Notes: generated by a model from the sequence alone, not told the origin. Shown: positions 12,583-26,140, numbered from the whole stretch's first letter. The stretch: 63,770 nt of DNA, filler included, from Choristocarpus tenellus KU-1152 (GCA_964200185.2; 10 parts of 10 records of this genome joined end to end with filler, not necessarily neighbours in it), one strand, 5' to 3'. Numbers and translations are program-made.

Positions 12583-12870
12583 NNNNNNNNNNNNNNNNNN
12601 NNNNNNNNNNNNNNNNNNNNNNNNNNTTAATTAATTAANNNNNNNNNNNNNNNNNNNNNNNNNNNNNNNNNNNNNNNNNNNNCCCCACCCCCCCCCTGCT
12701 CCACATCACATGCCTCTGCCAAATTACGATGTTAAAACAAAAAGCTTGGACAAGATACACAAAGTAGGTATAAAAATATTACCTAATAATGTACAACCAA
12801 AATAAAAATAATAAAAATCACGACTGTACGGCTGGCTCTTTTCACAACATGCCCATTGCACAGGTTGTCA

Positions 12871-14989
12871 CTATAGCTCCCAGTCATCTTCCCCTCCCCC
12901 TCCCCCACTGTTTCCTGTGGTATTGCTCTTCACCACATCCTGATCATTGTACATGTCCAAGATCTGTTCCGTTTTGGTATATACAGGGATGGCGTTGATA
13001 AGTGTGTGAGGGTGTACATATAAAATGGACCTAAATCCTAGCAAAAAGGACAAAAGTGAAGATAAAAGGTGCAGTATATTTATATTAATATTAACAGCAT
13101 TACACTGAGAGCCTCAACAGTTAGAACAAAAACACCACACGCCTTCCTTCTTCTGTGAACACAGCCTACACCACATCATTTTTTTTTTCCCCCCATGTGA
13201 AAATTGTCAGAAACGCCACCACGAAGTGCACAAATACAATGATATATTTTATTCTATACAGTGTTATGTTTTATCCAACAGCCAGTACACATCAATCGGA
13301 TCCATTTTTTTTCTTAGATCACATACAAAAAAAATATATATGAAAAAAAAAAATGCATGTATTAAAATGAGATGTAAGGGCATCCGTTGCCCTCTCGCCC
13401 GTTCCCCCCCAGTTAATTCACATACTCTTGACTATAGTTAGTTAGAGGGAGGGACCCTACGAAACCTTCCAAATCGGAACATTTAGGTCATCTTGCCGTA
13501 TGCACCTTAGCACAGGTTGAGCTCAAATGATTCAAAGAGCAACAACAAAAAATAAAAATAAAAATAAAAATAAAAATAAAAAGAAGGAAAAAAAGCTTGG
13601 TCCCAGCCAGAACCACGCTCTCGCCTGATCCGCCGTGGTTGCCTGCTCTGGATCTTTGTCCTCTCTCTCCCTGAGCAGACGTGGGAATCGTATGCTTATG
13701 CCCCTGCCGGGCTCGACTTTTCCCACTCCCGCTTTGTGCACGGGAGACTTGGAAAGGTCAGCACACCTCACTTCCCACACCTGGCAATAATAAATATAAA
13801 ATTATTATTATTATTATTATTAATAATAAATAATGGTGAGAGGTTAGGGAGGTGATGATGCGAGAGAGGAGAGTATTTTTTTGTTTGTTTATTTTTGATG
13901 CCTGCGCTTGTGTGTTCTTTACAAAAAAAAAAGAGTCAAGGAGTTGCTTTTCGTATTTAAAAAATAAATAAATCACAACAGAATCAATATAGTAATGATT
14001 ATAACAGTAATGGAAGAGAAAGGGAACAGAACCGTAATTTGAGCGTATTGGACATCGGACGGTTTGGGGTGCAGTTTATAAATTAAATATGTTTCAGAGC
14101 AAGTTGGCCAAGAGATATAAATAAAATGTGTACTGTACACACTTCGAAGGGTACCTTTATTGTTACAACAGTGTCACCAACGCCTTCCTCCAAAGCGGTA
14201 TAATGTAACAAAATATACTGCTACTGCGCGCACTGTGTCACATAGTTAATAAAATAATATTACTTTTTATTCCTGATCTATCCACCCATAACTAAAAAAA
14301 AAATGACGTCTGGAAATGCGCAAGCAATTTTTTTGAAATAAAATAAAAACTACACTATCGTACCAGTAAGTGGCAAGGCCTTTTTTTGGGAACTTGAACA
14401 AGAAGACTTGAGCGAAAAGAAGAACGCCAACATACAGCTACAAACGAATACCTGTCAATCCAAACATAACGGGTATCGGACATCCTAGATAGACACTTAC
14501 TAAAAAACAAAATAAAAAATAAAAAAGTGAAAAAAACAAAATAGAGGAAATACGGAAGCACGCCCTCACGGCGAATGACTCAACATCCCCTTAAAAGAAA
14601 AACAGAGACTCCTCTTAAAAGGAACATACAGGTTCCTCGTGTGCAATACCATCAACAGTAGAGTTCGGTGTTGGTATAGTGTGAGGTTTGTTTTGTTAGT
14701 ACAAAATTGGGTTATGCGATAATATATAGAGAGGGACTACAACATTTTTTTCATTTTTTATAGGTTCCGAGCGAGTCTTCACCCCCAAAAAATATAGTTT
14801 AAAAAATATAAAAATTCCCCCAAAAAACATGGTGGCTGCTGATGAAACACCATCTAATAAAAGAAACAATATAACAACATTAGGAAAACCCTGCAGAGAC
14901 TTATTATTGCATGATTGGTTATTAGCATGCGCACCTTGCAGGGCTCTAGCCACATGTCTGGTTCCAAGGTGTCCCCTACATTGAAGTAC
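12871..14989 (-). CDS. LIG1: DNA ligase I, last three exons (OB-fold domain)
   Basis: Exons 14989-14935 ([18 protein letters not shown]), 13780-13625 ([44 protein letters not shown]) and 12963-12871 (ILDMYNDQD...stop). The last intron needs a GC donor. Confidence 0.92.
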
Positions 14990-17183
14990 CTGTAGATCAA
15001 AAGGAGGAACTTAAATAAAGTAAATAAAAATAAGCGAGTTTTTGTTGCATTTTCTTAAATAACAAGTTATTATTTTTTTGTGTGTGCGTGGAAAAAGTAC
15101 ATATTTTAAAACTATATATGAAATGCACTAGAACCAGTACGTACAATTATTATCATTATTATGCAAATGCAGTAGGGATAGAAACAAAAGAAAAAAAGAT
15201 CAAAGGATGGAATCGATGCACATATTAAAATAACCCCCCCCCCAACAATCCAATAAAAAAAACAGGATTTGTCTAGCGTATCTTGACATTTTTATTTTTT
15301 AATTTTTGAGATAAGATGTTGTCTCTGCAGGTCAGTTTGTTTTGTTACATTCTAACATGTTTAAAAAATAAAATAAAATATTCTAACATGTTTTTTTGGC
15401 GAGCGCTACGGGACATGCCCGGTAGCATATGTTTGGTGTAGTCGCTCAATTCAATGAAAAAAAATAAAACGACCATTTTATGTAGTCCTCTTTTTAAAAT
15501 TCTCATGGCAGTTACAATCTGTCAATTGCAGCTGTTGACATTATTAACTTTGTCAAAAACGATACTTTCAGGTGATTATTAAAAAAAAGAAACTTTTCAT
15601 TTTTTCTAATGCCAATGAACTAACTCCATTCAGAGAATTACGTTTTGATTAAAAAAAAAATTGCATGTTCCCTTTAGATGTACACTCTATTTCTATTGGG
15701 TTACAACTAACAATGGTAAATGCCTTCCGAGTATTTGGAACAGTATAGTTAAAAAACCCCCGAAAAAGTTCAGACCAGTCAAGTCCTAAGTACCCCCCTT
15801 TATTGAAACATTGTATTGACATTGATATTGAGTGGAGTGTGCACAGTGATTGAGTGTGCATATGTACTTCACTTTTCCAATCTCCCCCCCCCCCCCCCCC
15901 CCCCCCTTCCCCCCCTACCCCCCCCCCCCCCCCCTTTGCGGGGTTTTTCCAATTTCAAGAAAATTTGTTTTTGGTTTAGTAATTTTTTNNNNNNNNNNNN
16001 NNNNNNNNNNNNNNNNNNNNNNNNNNNNNNNNTTAATTAATTAANNNNNNNNNNNNNNNNNNNNNNNNNNNNNNNNNNNNNNNNNNNNACACAAAAATCG
16101 CGACATAAAAAATTGACCCCAAATGGACAGCCACCACCCCTCCCCCCCCCAGATACTTTGAGCCTCTTTGTTGGTTTGACTCTTGGAGGACGGAAAGGAG
16201 GAGAGTGTGCTTGCGGAATTCCTACTACGAAGTTTGTGTGCGAATGTGGTGCATTACATCCACCCCCTCTTCCCTCACGTGGTTGTAATATTATTCACTT
16301 GTAGCTTGTAGTCGCACTATCTACCAGAAGTAGTAGTAGTATTGATGAAATGATGGCAACAGCAGTAACTATGACGAAAAAATCTATCTCCGTGATTGAT
16401 CATCATTACCATGGCAAGATCAACCATTAGATGGATGCAACAAATTTGAACAGGCACTGTCATTTTTGCTACAACAAGAAGGGTTATGATGTTGATGACA
16501 ACATAAGAACACGGTATATTGTTGTAGTAAAGAAATTGTTGCAGGTAGATGTGACTCCCTTAGGTTCATGCACATTCTCCTACTGAATTGCTCCACATGT
16601 TGGACCTGGATGAGTTATTGCTCCCAATCACGCATGGTCATTCTCACCATCCACCTCATAGTGTTTCGCTCTGTGACTACAAGAGCCTTTTTTCGTAGTG
16701 CCTTGTTCTTCGCCTCCTTTTCATACACATCTCCCCTAAGGTGGAATGTACCCATAAAAATCCTTCTTACAGTCCTCTGTCATTATTCCGTTCAATGAAG
16801 AGAAGAACCACTACTACCCTGCCTATGTAATCGTCCTCAAAATGAGGGGAATGATCAACATGGTTCCATGACTGTTAGTTAGGTCACATTCGTGTAAGAA
16901 TCGACCAGATGTTCTCATGGTGAACGTCTGGGTGTATAGGTTCCAACCTTCCATGACCATTCTGCCTTACTACACATCGTACTTTCGAAAGGATACACTC
17001 CAAGTGTACTTCCTACCTGCACAGGCCACATGGTGCTCGCATTTCGTATTTTGATACACCTGAACCCTTTCGCTTTTCCTACCTGTTGCAGTAGGGACTG
17101 GGCATGAGGGAAGCAAGTACCACCATTCCAGATTGTAGAGTATGTTGTCGTCCTTGTTCGGCATATTGTACATGGATATTGCT

Positions 17184-17440
17184 GAGTGGAAGTATCTTAG
17201 AGGGTACGAGCTTTGCCGTGTTTGTCCATTTGGGGCTTGGCTTCCCGTGGTTTTTATTATGACATTTTTTCCACTCCGAAATGTTTCGAAGTGGGTCAAA
17301 TGTATACGTAATGAAAATGTGTGTCCGGAACAAGGATATTGACACTTCCTTACAAGCACGGTAGCCAAAATTACATCAAAATCGCAACATTGGATTTTGG
17401 TCCCCAAATGGACGTGGACCACACTCTAAGATACTTTTGA
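17184..17440 (-). mobile_element. MITE family A copy (Sola-like), degraded end
   Basis: TIR gagtggaagtatcttagagggta...cactctaagatacttttga. The internal sequence is homologous to the other family A copies in the opposite orientation. Confidence 0.8.
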
Positions 17441-17819
17441 AGTTTCCAATTCAAATCCAAGGTGCTCCTCATCACTCTTGTTCCGTCGTACCTGCTGATT
17501 TTTTTTTTTGTGGACAGTCAGCCCGCATCTTCTGTATGTGTGTACTCTACTACTACACCAGCCCCTTCGTGTATCTTCCCACACCAACAAACACTATATC
17601 TAGTAGTTGTTTCCTTACGTTGTGGCGCTTTGTTTCAGGCATGTTGTACCATGTGTGTTACACCTGACAGTGGATACCCTTCCTTGCCGTTGTCGAACCC
17701 CTTGTTCGTAGGGGTGGAAAATGGGCAGGTCATATCAGACCTCCGTCTTTTTCTCTTGTTTTTTTTTGGCATTTTGGACATACTGTTTCCTACTTCCTGA
17801 AATATTTTATTAGCGACGT

Positions 17820-18077
17820 GAGCCAAAGTATCTTAGAGGGTAGAGCCGCGTCCATTTGGGAGCCACAATCCATGTTTCGATTTTGATGCAATTTTTGCTA
17901 TCGTGTTTGTTAGGAAGTGTCAACATCTATGTTCCACACACACCTTTTTCATAACACACACTCTATACCTACTCCTAAACATTTTGGAGTAGGAAAATGT
18001 CATAAAAGAACCCATGGGAAGCCAATCCCCAAATGGACACAAAAAGGGTAAAACTCGTACCCTCTAAGATACTTTCA
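17820..18077 (+). mobile_element. MITE family A copy
   Basis: gagccaaagtatcttagagggtagag...gtaccctctaagatacttt. Confidence 0.85.
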
Positions 18078-18313
18078 GGTATGTATACCTCTGCCACTTC
18101 ACTACAAATAACCCCATCACATTCATATTCTTGACGTTTTCTTCATCTTATATCTTGCCCACTTAGGGTATAGGCCGATCACGATACCATTTCTTCTCCT
18201 GGTAGTGACATTGTCTTGTCATGCTTCCGCTTGATTCATAATTACTTTCCCATACATATTTCCCTCCCTATTCCCAATGATGTATCATACTGCACGTTCC
18301 AACCTATATTTTA

Positions 18314-18572
18314 GAGCCAAATAAATTGAGAGATAGACAGGGTTTCATTTTAAGGATCCCGAGAAGGGCAAAAAGACTCCATTTCGTACATGAGGAAAAA
18401 TAGCCTTTGCATAGTTGTCGAATCACTTTGTATGTGGAAATGGGAAATATCAATCTTGCGAACACCTTTGTGCACATAAATCAACGAAAACGAGTAAATT
18501 GCACAGGGTTAAGAAAGATAGCTAAGGATGCAAAAGGGTCCAAACCTGCTTACCTCTCGATTGATTTGGCTC
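18314..18572 (-). mobile_element. MITE family B copy (259 bp)
   Basis: TIR gagccaaataaattgagag...ctctcgattgatttggctc, flanked by tta on both sides. It is the reverse-complement homologue of 61373-61630. Confidence 0.8.
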
Positions 18573-18668
18573 TTACCATTATTTACCTCACCAACACATA
18601 AAAGCATACCACCTTTTCTCTCTTTTTGCCCCAGTTTGGCCAGATACATCAAGGGTGTGAAATATTCA

Positions 18669-18927
18669 GAGCCAAAGTATCTTGGAGGGTAGAGTCGCGT
18701 CCATTTGGGGGGCAAAATCCAATGTTGCGATTTTGACGTAATTTTGGTCATCGTGTTTATTAGGAAGTGTCAATATGCATGTTCTGGACACACCTTTTCA
18801 TAATGTATCCAGTTTAACTACTCCAAAACATTTTGGAGTAGGGAAATGTCATAAAAAAATACATGGGAAGCCAAGCCCCAAATGGACAAACAGGGCAAAA
18901 CTTGTACCGTCTAAGACACTCTTACTC
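18669..18927 (+). mobile_element. MITE family A copy (259 bp) with 4-bp TSD TTCA
   Basis: ttca|gagccaaagtatcttggaggg...ctaagacactcttactc|ttca. Confidence 0.88.
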
Positions 18928-21628
18928 TTCACTCAGATTGAACAGGTTGCATGTTTTTCTGAGGCATACAAGGATCTGCCTGTGCTCACCAGTAACCTTA
19001 AGGAGTTGACCAATTAATTTCAAGGCCCTCTTAACTGCGGGGGGATGGGCGAACAGGATGAAGACAGGATCATGATGCCCCGAGCCCTTCGCTTCATCAG
19101 GAGAGAGGATGATGTAAGTCAAGTCCAGATTGACTTAAAAGGTGTGGATCGGCGTCACTATGGATCGCTACTTTGAAGACTCTCTTCACAAGCCTCTACG
19201 CCACATGTTTCCGTGTAGCAGGACCCCCCCCTTAAGTTCTAAAGACTGTGCAGAACAGAATAATCAGGATACTCAGGAGCAGACATGCAGTGGTGGGAGG
19301 ACCGCATCACTCCCACAGACCCTTTCCCATCCCGTGAACATTGTCTTTGGTGCGCTGTATTGATCTTTGTGACTGCGTCCTCATTTAACTTTACTCTGTA
19401 ACGTGTTTCACACAGAGTGATTGGCTCCATTTCTCTAACATCACCTTTTCGTTGAGTTATTTCGTTCTGGTTACACTATGCTACTGGTGCTACTACTGTT
19501 CACACTTCTTATTACTTGCACACCGTGAAATCTCTTCCTTTCCCTTTCATCCATTATTGTACGCATCTCCCCCTCCTGCTTCCTTGGCCATCCAAGAGTA
19601 TGTAGTACTCCAGGACAAACCGCGAAGTACTATATCATATTTTGGTTACTTTGTTGTGTTTTTCGTTTGCTTACAAGTAGTGAAAGAGCCAATGCACTCT
19701 GGAGGTGGTGATGTTACCCATTCAGGGATTCTGTGAACCAAGTATTTTGAAGTAAAATGGTTGATTAGGTAATTCCGTCAAAGTCAATTTCTTTTCTCCA
19801 TCTAGAGGTTTCATTCTACACTTTTGTCCTCAAAAATGACACAAGGGATTGGCACACACGCCATATAATGTCAGATTCGGCCTTGTTTTAGTGGACTTAT
19901 CATCATCAGAAGATTTTCCAGTAGATACAGGAATTGTAATTTTGCTCCACCTCACTATATTGAAAATACCCTACAAATTTCGCTTTTTAAAAATTCCACC
20001 TTGGTCTTTGGTAATTTTTTCTGTTGTACTTTAGAGAGCCGCATCCAAGGGACGGGATACTTCCTTATCTACTATCGGCATAGACTCTAATGTATTTATT
20101 TCTTATAAAGCTCTCTAGTCCATACTTTCTCCCCTTCTACACTACTTGTTGGAACATGGGGTAAATTTTTGTGAGCGGTAGACGAGGAATGCTTCCCTCC
20201 CCTTCTTGAAATTATGCATCTCAAACAAGAAACACTCTTGTCTCCATCAATGTGTCGGACACAGAGACATCTAGTTTGCTTTTCGTTTCTTCATCCTATC
20301 CCTCCTTGCAGGTGGGGCATATGGGCACCATTTTCCCACGTCGCGATTTTTGTGTGATTTGATTGCATGTGTGGGATGGACCATTTAAGTTCACTTCTCC
20401 TGGTCAGGGCTGAAATGGACAGTGTCCAGGTCAATTACACATATCACTTATCTCTTGATGAGCAGGCTGCATACCACCAACCTTGCGTACATTCTTATTT
20501 CCCCACTTCATGGTATTAAGGCAATGTTACATCTGTCCTAAAATTGATTATGATCACATCTTACTCATTACCATTACCTACCTGTTTGCTTGTGTTTTGG
20601 TGATGTGCGCTTGTGCTGTTCCCCAAGAAGAGTCTACTGATCGGTCGCAATTTTTCTTCCTCAGTCAAAGCGGATCTTGGCAATCAATTTCAAAACCATT
20701 TGTGCACCACCTTCAGTTATTCTTATGTATAGTTTTTTACTTGCATTGTATGTAACTTGAGAAAGGTTTCTGAAGTATCATTGTGATATATGTTCAATTA
20801 TTTTCTGGTAACCTTTTTACCCTACAAATAGTTCACCTTCAGTGCAACAAGGGTGGAATGGGAACATATATGCACCTGCCAGACTCGGTCACCCCACCCA
20901 CCATATCCACTCAGATCAACAATAGTTTTTCATTGCAAGCAGTTTTCTATTTTAAACTAATGGGTAAATATGAAAAAGCGGAAGCATTGTAAGACCAGGA
21001 GTTACAGACAAGAGAAGTATAGAAAAAAGATGTATTGAGATGTGTAACATCCTCATGGGTTCCAGTTTACATTTTGTCTAAACCTGTCTTTATGTATTGT
21101 ATTGGCTTGCCAGAGACAGCAAGGAACCAGATCCAAAAAAACACACACACAAAAGAAGTCAACTTCAAATCCCATCTTCCCCCAAATTACACATTTCCAC
21201 CTAATTCTGTCACCTGAACCACATAAACATGATTTGAGACCTATTAGTAACAATCTCTTGCAACACCTCATCCATGCACGTAGTCACGTGCTACAGCAGC
21301 CAACAAATGATGTAGGGACAGCATTACTGCAAATCAGACCTCCAAAGCAAAGAGACCAAGCCCACAGCTAGGGATGTGGAGAGGGAGGGAGGGAGGGAGG
21401 GACCGGAACCCATTCCACGAAATGTATCGAGCCTGGAATGTTAAGCAATATGTGGCATACCCGTGGCCATGCATACCACGTAAGGCACCAAGAGTTGAAC
21501 TTTAGACGCCCCCCCCCTTTCCCATTTATCTCAATCAAGGTACACCTCGCCAGCAGCTGAAACTATCTTTGCTTTCTCCTGTTCTTCGTTGAATAGCATG
21601 TTGGACTTGCAAAGTGATCATGTACGTT

Positions 21629-23300
21629 TTACCTCTGAGAAAGACGAACAGGGAAAGATTTCAGTTAGGAATAGCCTGTCAAAGGGGATATAAGGGTCCC
21701 AACTCATTTGACCAAGGATCCGGATTTAATTATTACTGAATGAAGAGTAATCGTTATGTATTGCGATGTAATATGAATGGAAAATTTGTATGAAGCAAGG
21801 GTAATCTTCAAGAATTTTCAAGCTAACGCCCTATGGATAGTACTTCCTCACCTGGTAAACAGTGCCAAGAGACGTCCTTTATCCAGCCCAGAACACGGGA
21901 ATATTATATATCGGCAAAAAAGTGTCCACATGTTACGGTGCAGAGAGAGAGAAAGGGTTTGAATGGTAAAACTTATTGTTGTGTTTGGTTAAACAAACCT
22001 CCATGTATGCGTGTTCGCCCCTGAAATTTATATTCTTGTAAGAATATTCTCCTCTCTGACATTCTGACATTTTGGATATGTGTCAGGGGAGGGGAAAGAT
22101 CAACAAAATATAAACCGCCACTAATTCACTAATATATAGCACTGCATACATTGGGATACAAAAAATAATTGTGCACTGTTGGGATGTTTTCTACGCACCC
22201 TGTGTGTTGTTCTTGACATGGGCGTTGACATGAACAGATACTTTCTCCGGCATCACTCAAAATTCATGCTTTACTGTCACCTGCTCTTGTAGTCGTAGTC
22301 AGATCCAAAGCCCTGGCCATCACCAGCCCCGCTGTACCCACTCTTGACCTCGATGTACTTGATGTACTCCTTGTACGCACTCTGGAGGGCAGACTTATCT
22401 CCTGCATTAGCAGCGGAAATCACCGCCTTCGAGAGAGTATCAGCTTGCTTCTTCTTGTCAGGTTGGGTGGAGTACACACCAGAGTTGAAAAGAATAAAGG
22501 CATTGGTCTCAGATGCTACCGCTGCACAGTCCCCGGCCTTAACCGCAGCGTCAAGGGAGTAGATGCGGTTGCCGTAGATACCCCTGGCGCGAGCCTTGGT
22601 GGAAAGTGACTTGGCACCATCAGCAAAGGCCGCACCTGGGACTGCGCTTGCTGCCAAAGCAGCTGCTGCAGTTGCAACTACGTTGCTAAGCGCAGCAGCG
22701 CGAGTCTGGGGCTCATCCACAGACATTGTCATAGACCTGGGCAAAACGAAGTGAGATGCCACATTCAGAAAAGAGCGACTTGGTATCATCTCTCTTGTCT
22801 TCCAGTGTACTTGCTGAGACCACAACCCTCTAACGTCCTACAACTTCTGAGGAGACGCCTGTATCCTGAAACACTGTATCCTACATTATATACACCCCAA
22901 AGATATTGACTCCTGTACGGTTGTGATAATTCTAGCGAGTCAAGAAAATGTGTAACCCATCTTGAGTAACCAGTAAGCATTCGCGTACAATGACTCCGTA
23001 CATCACCTGCTCATGCACATGTTTATGTTCATGTAGAGGATAACATTGAACAATAGTGCATACCGAGCAGGCACACGTCACACAAGATAACACCCTTACT
23101 ATCCTACACGTGTCGCGTATCAAGTGCGAACACTCGTTTTGTGCATAGTTAAGAACCAGTTCAACAGTACTCTTTCCACCTCGTCTTCATTTTCACCTGG
23201 TAGAGGTGGAGTGAGCGGTCCTTGCGTTCATGGGGGCCATGAACGCGGAAGCACCGCTAGCGAGGGCCAGAGCCACACAAAGAGTCTTGCTAGGAGCCAT
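21629..23300 (-). CDS. psb31: Photosystem II extrinsic protein Psb31 precursor, complete
   Basis: Exons 23300-23197 (MAPSKTLCVALALASGASAFMAPM, signal peptide plus ASAF motif), 22736-22281 (lumen signal ending AFA, then DGAKSLSTKARARGIYG..NAFILFNSG..GQGFGSDYDYKSR), 21876-21852 (TSLGTVYQ) and 21634-21629 (R, stop). All introns are GT-AG. Confidence 0.9.
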
Positions 23301-25129
23301 AGTGCTTGGAGTTATGCTGAGGAAGGATGTATGAAAACTAACGCAATAATGTGTGGGACACGCTGAGTAGATTCCGAGGTGAAATTGAGTTTGTGAGGGG
23401 TAGGTGGGTTGTGTGGGATCTGCTTCAATAGTCTGTATTAAGTAATGTCCTAAGGGAAATTCAAGTCTTTTATATCAATATATCGTAAAATATCTTTCAT
23501 CCCCCCATTCGTGTTGGAAATGACGAGTTGAGAAGAATAAAATGTAAAAAGGGAAAGACAAATCCAGGTATGCATTCAAGACAACTACAGGTACATGTGA
23601 TATGATGTGTCGTGTCTGTTCTACAGATTAGGACCAAATTCTACTCTTGTCGTTTTAGAAATGACCCACTACTTATGTAACCAATTTGTAAATGTTACAC
23701 GCTCCCCCCAATATTATGGCGTAGCATTTTGTTGTGCGCCTCCTCAACTCTAACCGAACAGAAGACAATCCCAATTAGGTAGAATAAATGTATAGTTCGA
23801 ATGTGAGAGTGGAGCGATCATAGACATACTTCATTCACACTTCTAGTTTGGGATTCATGGCTAAACAAGTCAAATACATACAACCACCAAGAAGGCAAGC
23901 AAAGAGCAAATTTCAGACCTCCCCATCCCACTCCCCTTAAGTATAGTCATATCCGCCTTAGCATCCGCGCAATAATCACCACTATTTTTTCCTCTCTAAG
24001 AAACAGCAGCCTGCTCCCCTGTTGGTATTTGACTCATGGTAGGCACCTGAAGAACCTCACAGCAGCTGTTTTTCGCAGTTAATAGCGTTTCACTCATCTT
24101 AAAGTCCTACATATTGCTCTCGTTGTTATGTTGTACACTCATTTTGAACCCTCTCGCATTTTTTCTACGTCAATAGCCTGACCCTCTCCTTCGGTCTAAT
24201 ATAGAGTTTCATCCACTATTGCTGCTATCATGTTCTACGTTCCTCGCCCTCCCCTGTTGTGGCTGCATCCACGACCAATTGGACAGCCGCCACCCTCCCC
24301 TCAGATACTTTGAGTCATCTATTTATGATGTATGTTATCCAATGAAAGAAACGGTCCAGTGAACAAAGTAGCCACTGGCGAGACTGGTCCTAGATGCAAT
24401 CAGAGGGAGCTGCGAAGGATATAAGCACATTCTTGGCATTCACCCGACACCAGAGCAACAATAAAATCGGTTACACGGCACAGGGGGTAACTCTTCATGA
24501 GAAGGCGAACAAGTAGACAGAGGTGCCATGCATTGACACAATCAGAGATCAGGAGAAGTACTTGTTATAAACAAAAAGTGCAACGTGCAACACAAACAAG
24601 TTGCAAGGACTTGGCAGAGCGAGTCGATCATGTTCGTAGAGACATTATTTGCAACAGCAACGATGAGGATGATGTGGTACACCCACTAAAAAATAAGTTA
24701 CCAAAAAAATTACTGACAATAGTCATATGGATGACAGGATTATTAATAGGTGTAAATTCGTGGTAGTAAGTTATGGTCGCCTATCACAGTGTATCAAATA
24801 CTGTATAGATAAGTCCACTCCGTTTAGACCTGTGCTAGAGTGGGTTGTGCTTGATGGGTTACTAGAATTGGGATGATGTCCAACAACTGCAGGGCCTACT
24901 ATTCTTCACAAGGAACTCGACAAATGGCGATTACCTTCCCCTCTGTTGATTTGTCCTGTTAGAGGATAACAATATATCGATTTAGCTTTTGTTGTTCAGA
25001 ATGGCTTAATTAGGAAAAATAGTGTTCTTTCATGATCAGAAAATTGTGGAGTGATGATAATCTCATGAAAGGGGGATCATCAGAAAACCAAGACCAAACA
25101 ACAAAGAGAATATATGATGTTTGACATCT

Positions 25130-26140
25130 CCGAATACAAAGATATGCCTTACTTGCGAGATTGGTTTCTTGGACAAAATTCCCGATCTCTAGGGAGGGAG
25201 GAGGCCCCATCCAACAGGTGCCCAGAGGCCTGGTTCCGGAGGCATAATGTTGACACCTGATATGGTCTTACCTGCACTAGGGCAGGGGGATAGATACAAC
25301 AGTACACGCCGATGGTTAAGCATCTAGATCAACTCTGCGAGGGAATGGACATCCCTTGCACTATGGAGGATGGTAGTGCATATGTTACAGCGTGCCCCAG
25401 AAGCTTACCTCCACCGGGTGTATAGCTCTAATCTACGGGCCTACTGATGATACTGATGCACGACTTGTGCATCAAGTCAAGTACGCTGGATCTCTCACTT
25501 GGACTATCATCAATATCTTCGTATGAAAAGGAACTGGTCAACGATGTCTTACCACAATCAGGGACCATAATGACCAAATAATAAATAAATAGTCAAGAAG
25601 TACAAATATAGAAAATCTAGGACTTCAAGGTCATAATGGTGAACCGCCATCAAGACATATCGCCTGTAACATATACACAGTGGGCAGGGATTTCCGCATG
25701 TATGTAGTCTTCAATGCTGGGGCATTAGTGGATGCTGCATCAGCTTCCTATCTGGACAAAGGCCTCCTCCTGGATGCTGTGTTTGCAGAAGTGCAAGTAG
25801 CATCCCATCTACCACACTCATCCACCTGTAATGGTGTAGTTGCTGTTGCAGCCGAGGTGCGAAAGCGCACCCACTACAAGGGGTTTATTGATCCTCGTAG
25901 TTTAACCTCAACACCTTCGTGGTGGAAAGTTCTGGGCACCTTGGTAAGCAAGCAGAAAATTTTCTGGATGAGTTGGCTATATAAGCAGCTGGGGGGAGAG
26001 GGGTGAGAGGTTACAGCAGGAAAGAGGCTGTCAAATCTTTCTTACGACAGTTAGTGTCTGCCACTACACAAGTGGCTCTCTTGAGACGTGTTACGCGTTT
26101 CAAGCTGGAGACAGCAGGGAGATGGGCAAGGAGGTAACCT
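25130..26140 (+). mobile_element. Decayed non-LTR retrotransposon 3' fragment (restriction-like endonuclease domain), interrupted at ~25371-25680
   Basis: Homologous to 34580-35320: LLLDAVFAEVQ..HSSTCNG..AAEVRKRTHY. Contains frameshifts. Confidence 0.7.

Noticed and set aside
19020-19450. Polypurine-tract-like runs and possible LTR starts
   Set aside because: No second LTR copy or pol motif in the window to support a call.
23930-24240. Possible Copia RNase H end plus PPT (aaggggagtggg) on the minus strand
   Set aside because: Too degraded; no convincing catalytic motifs.
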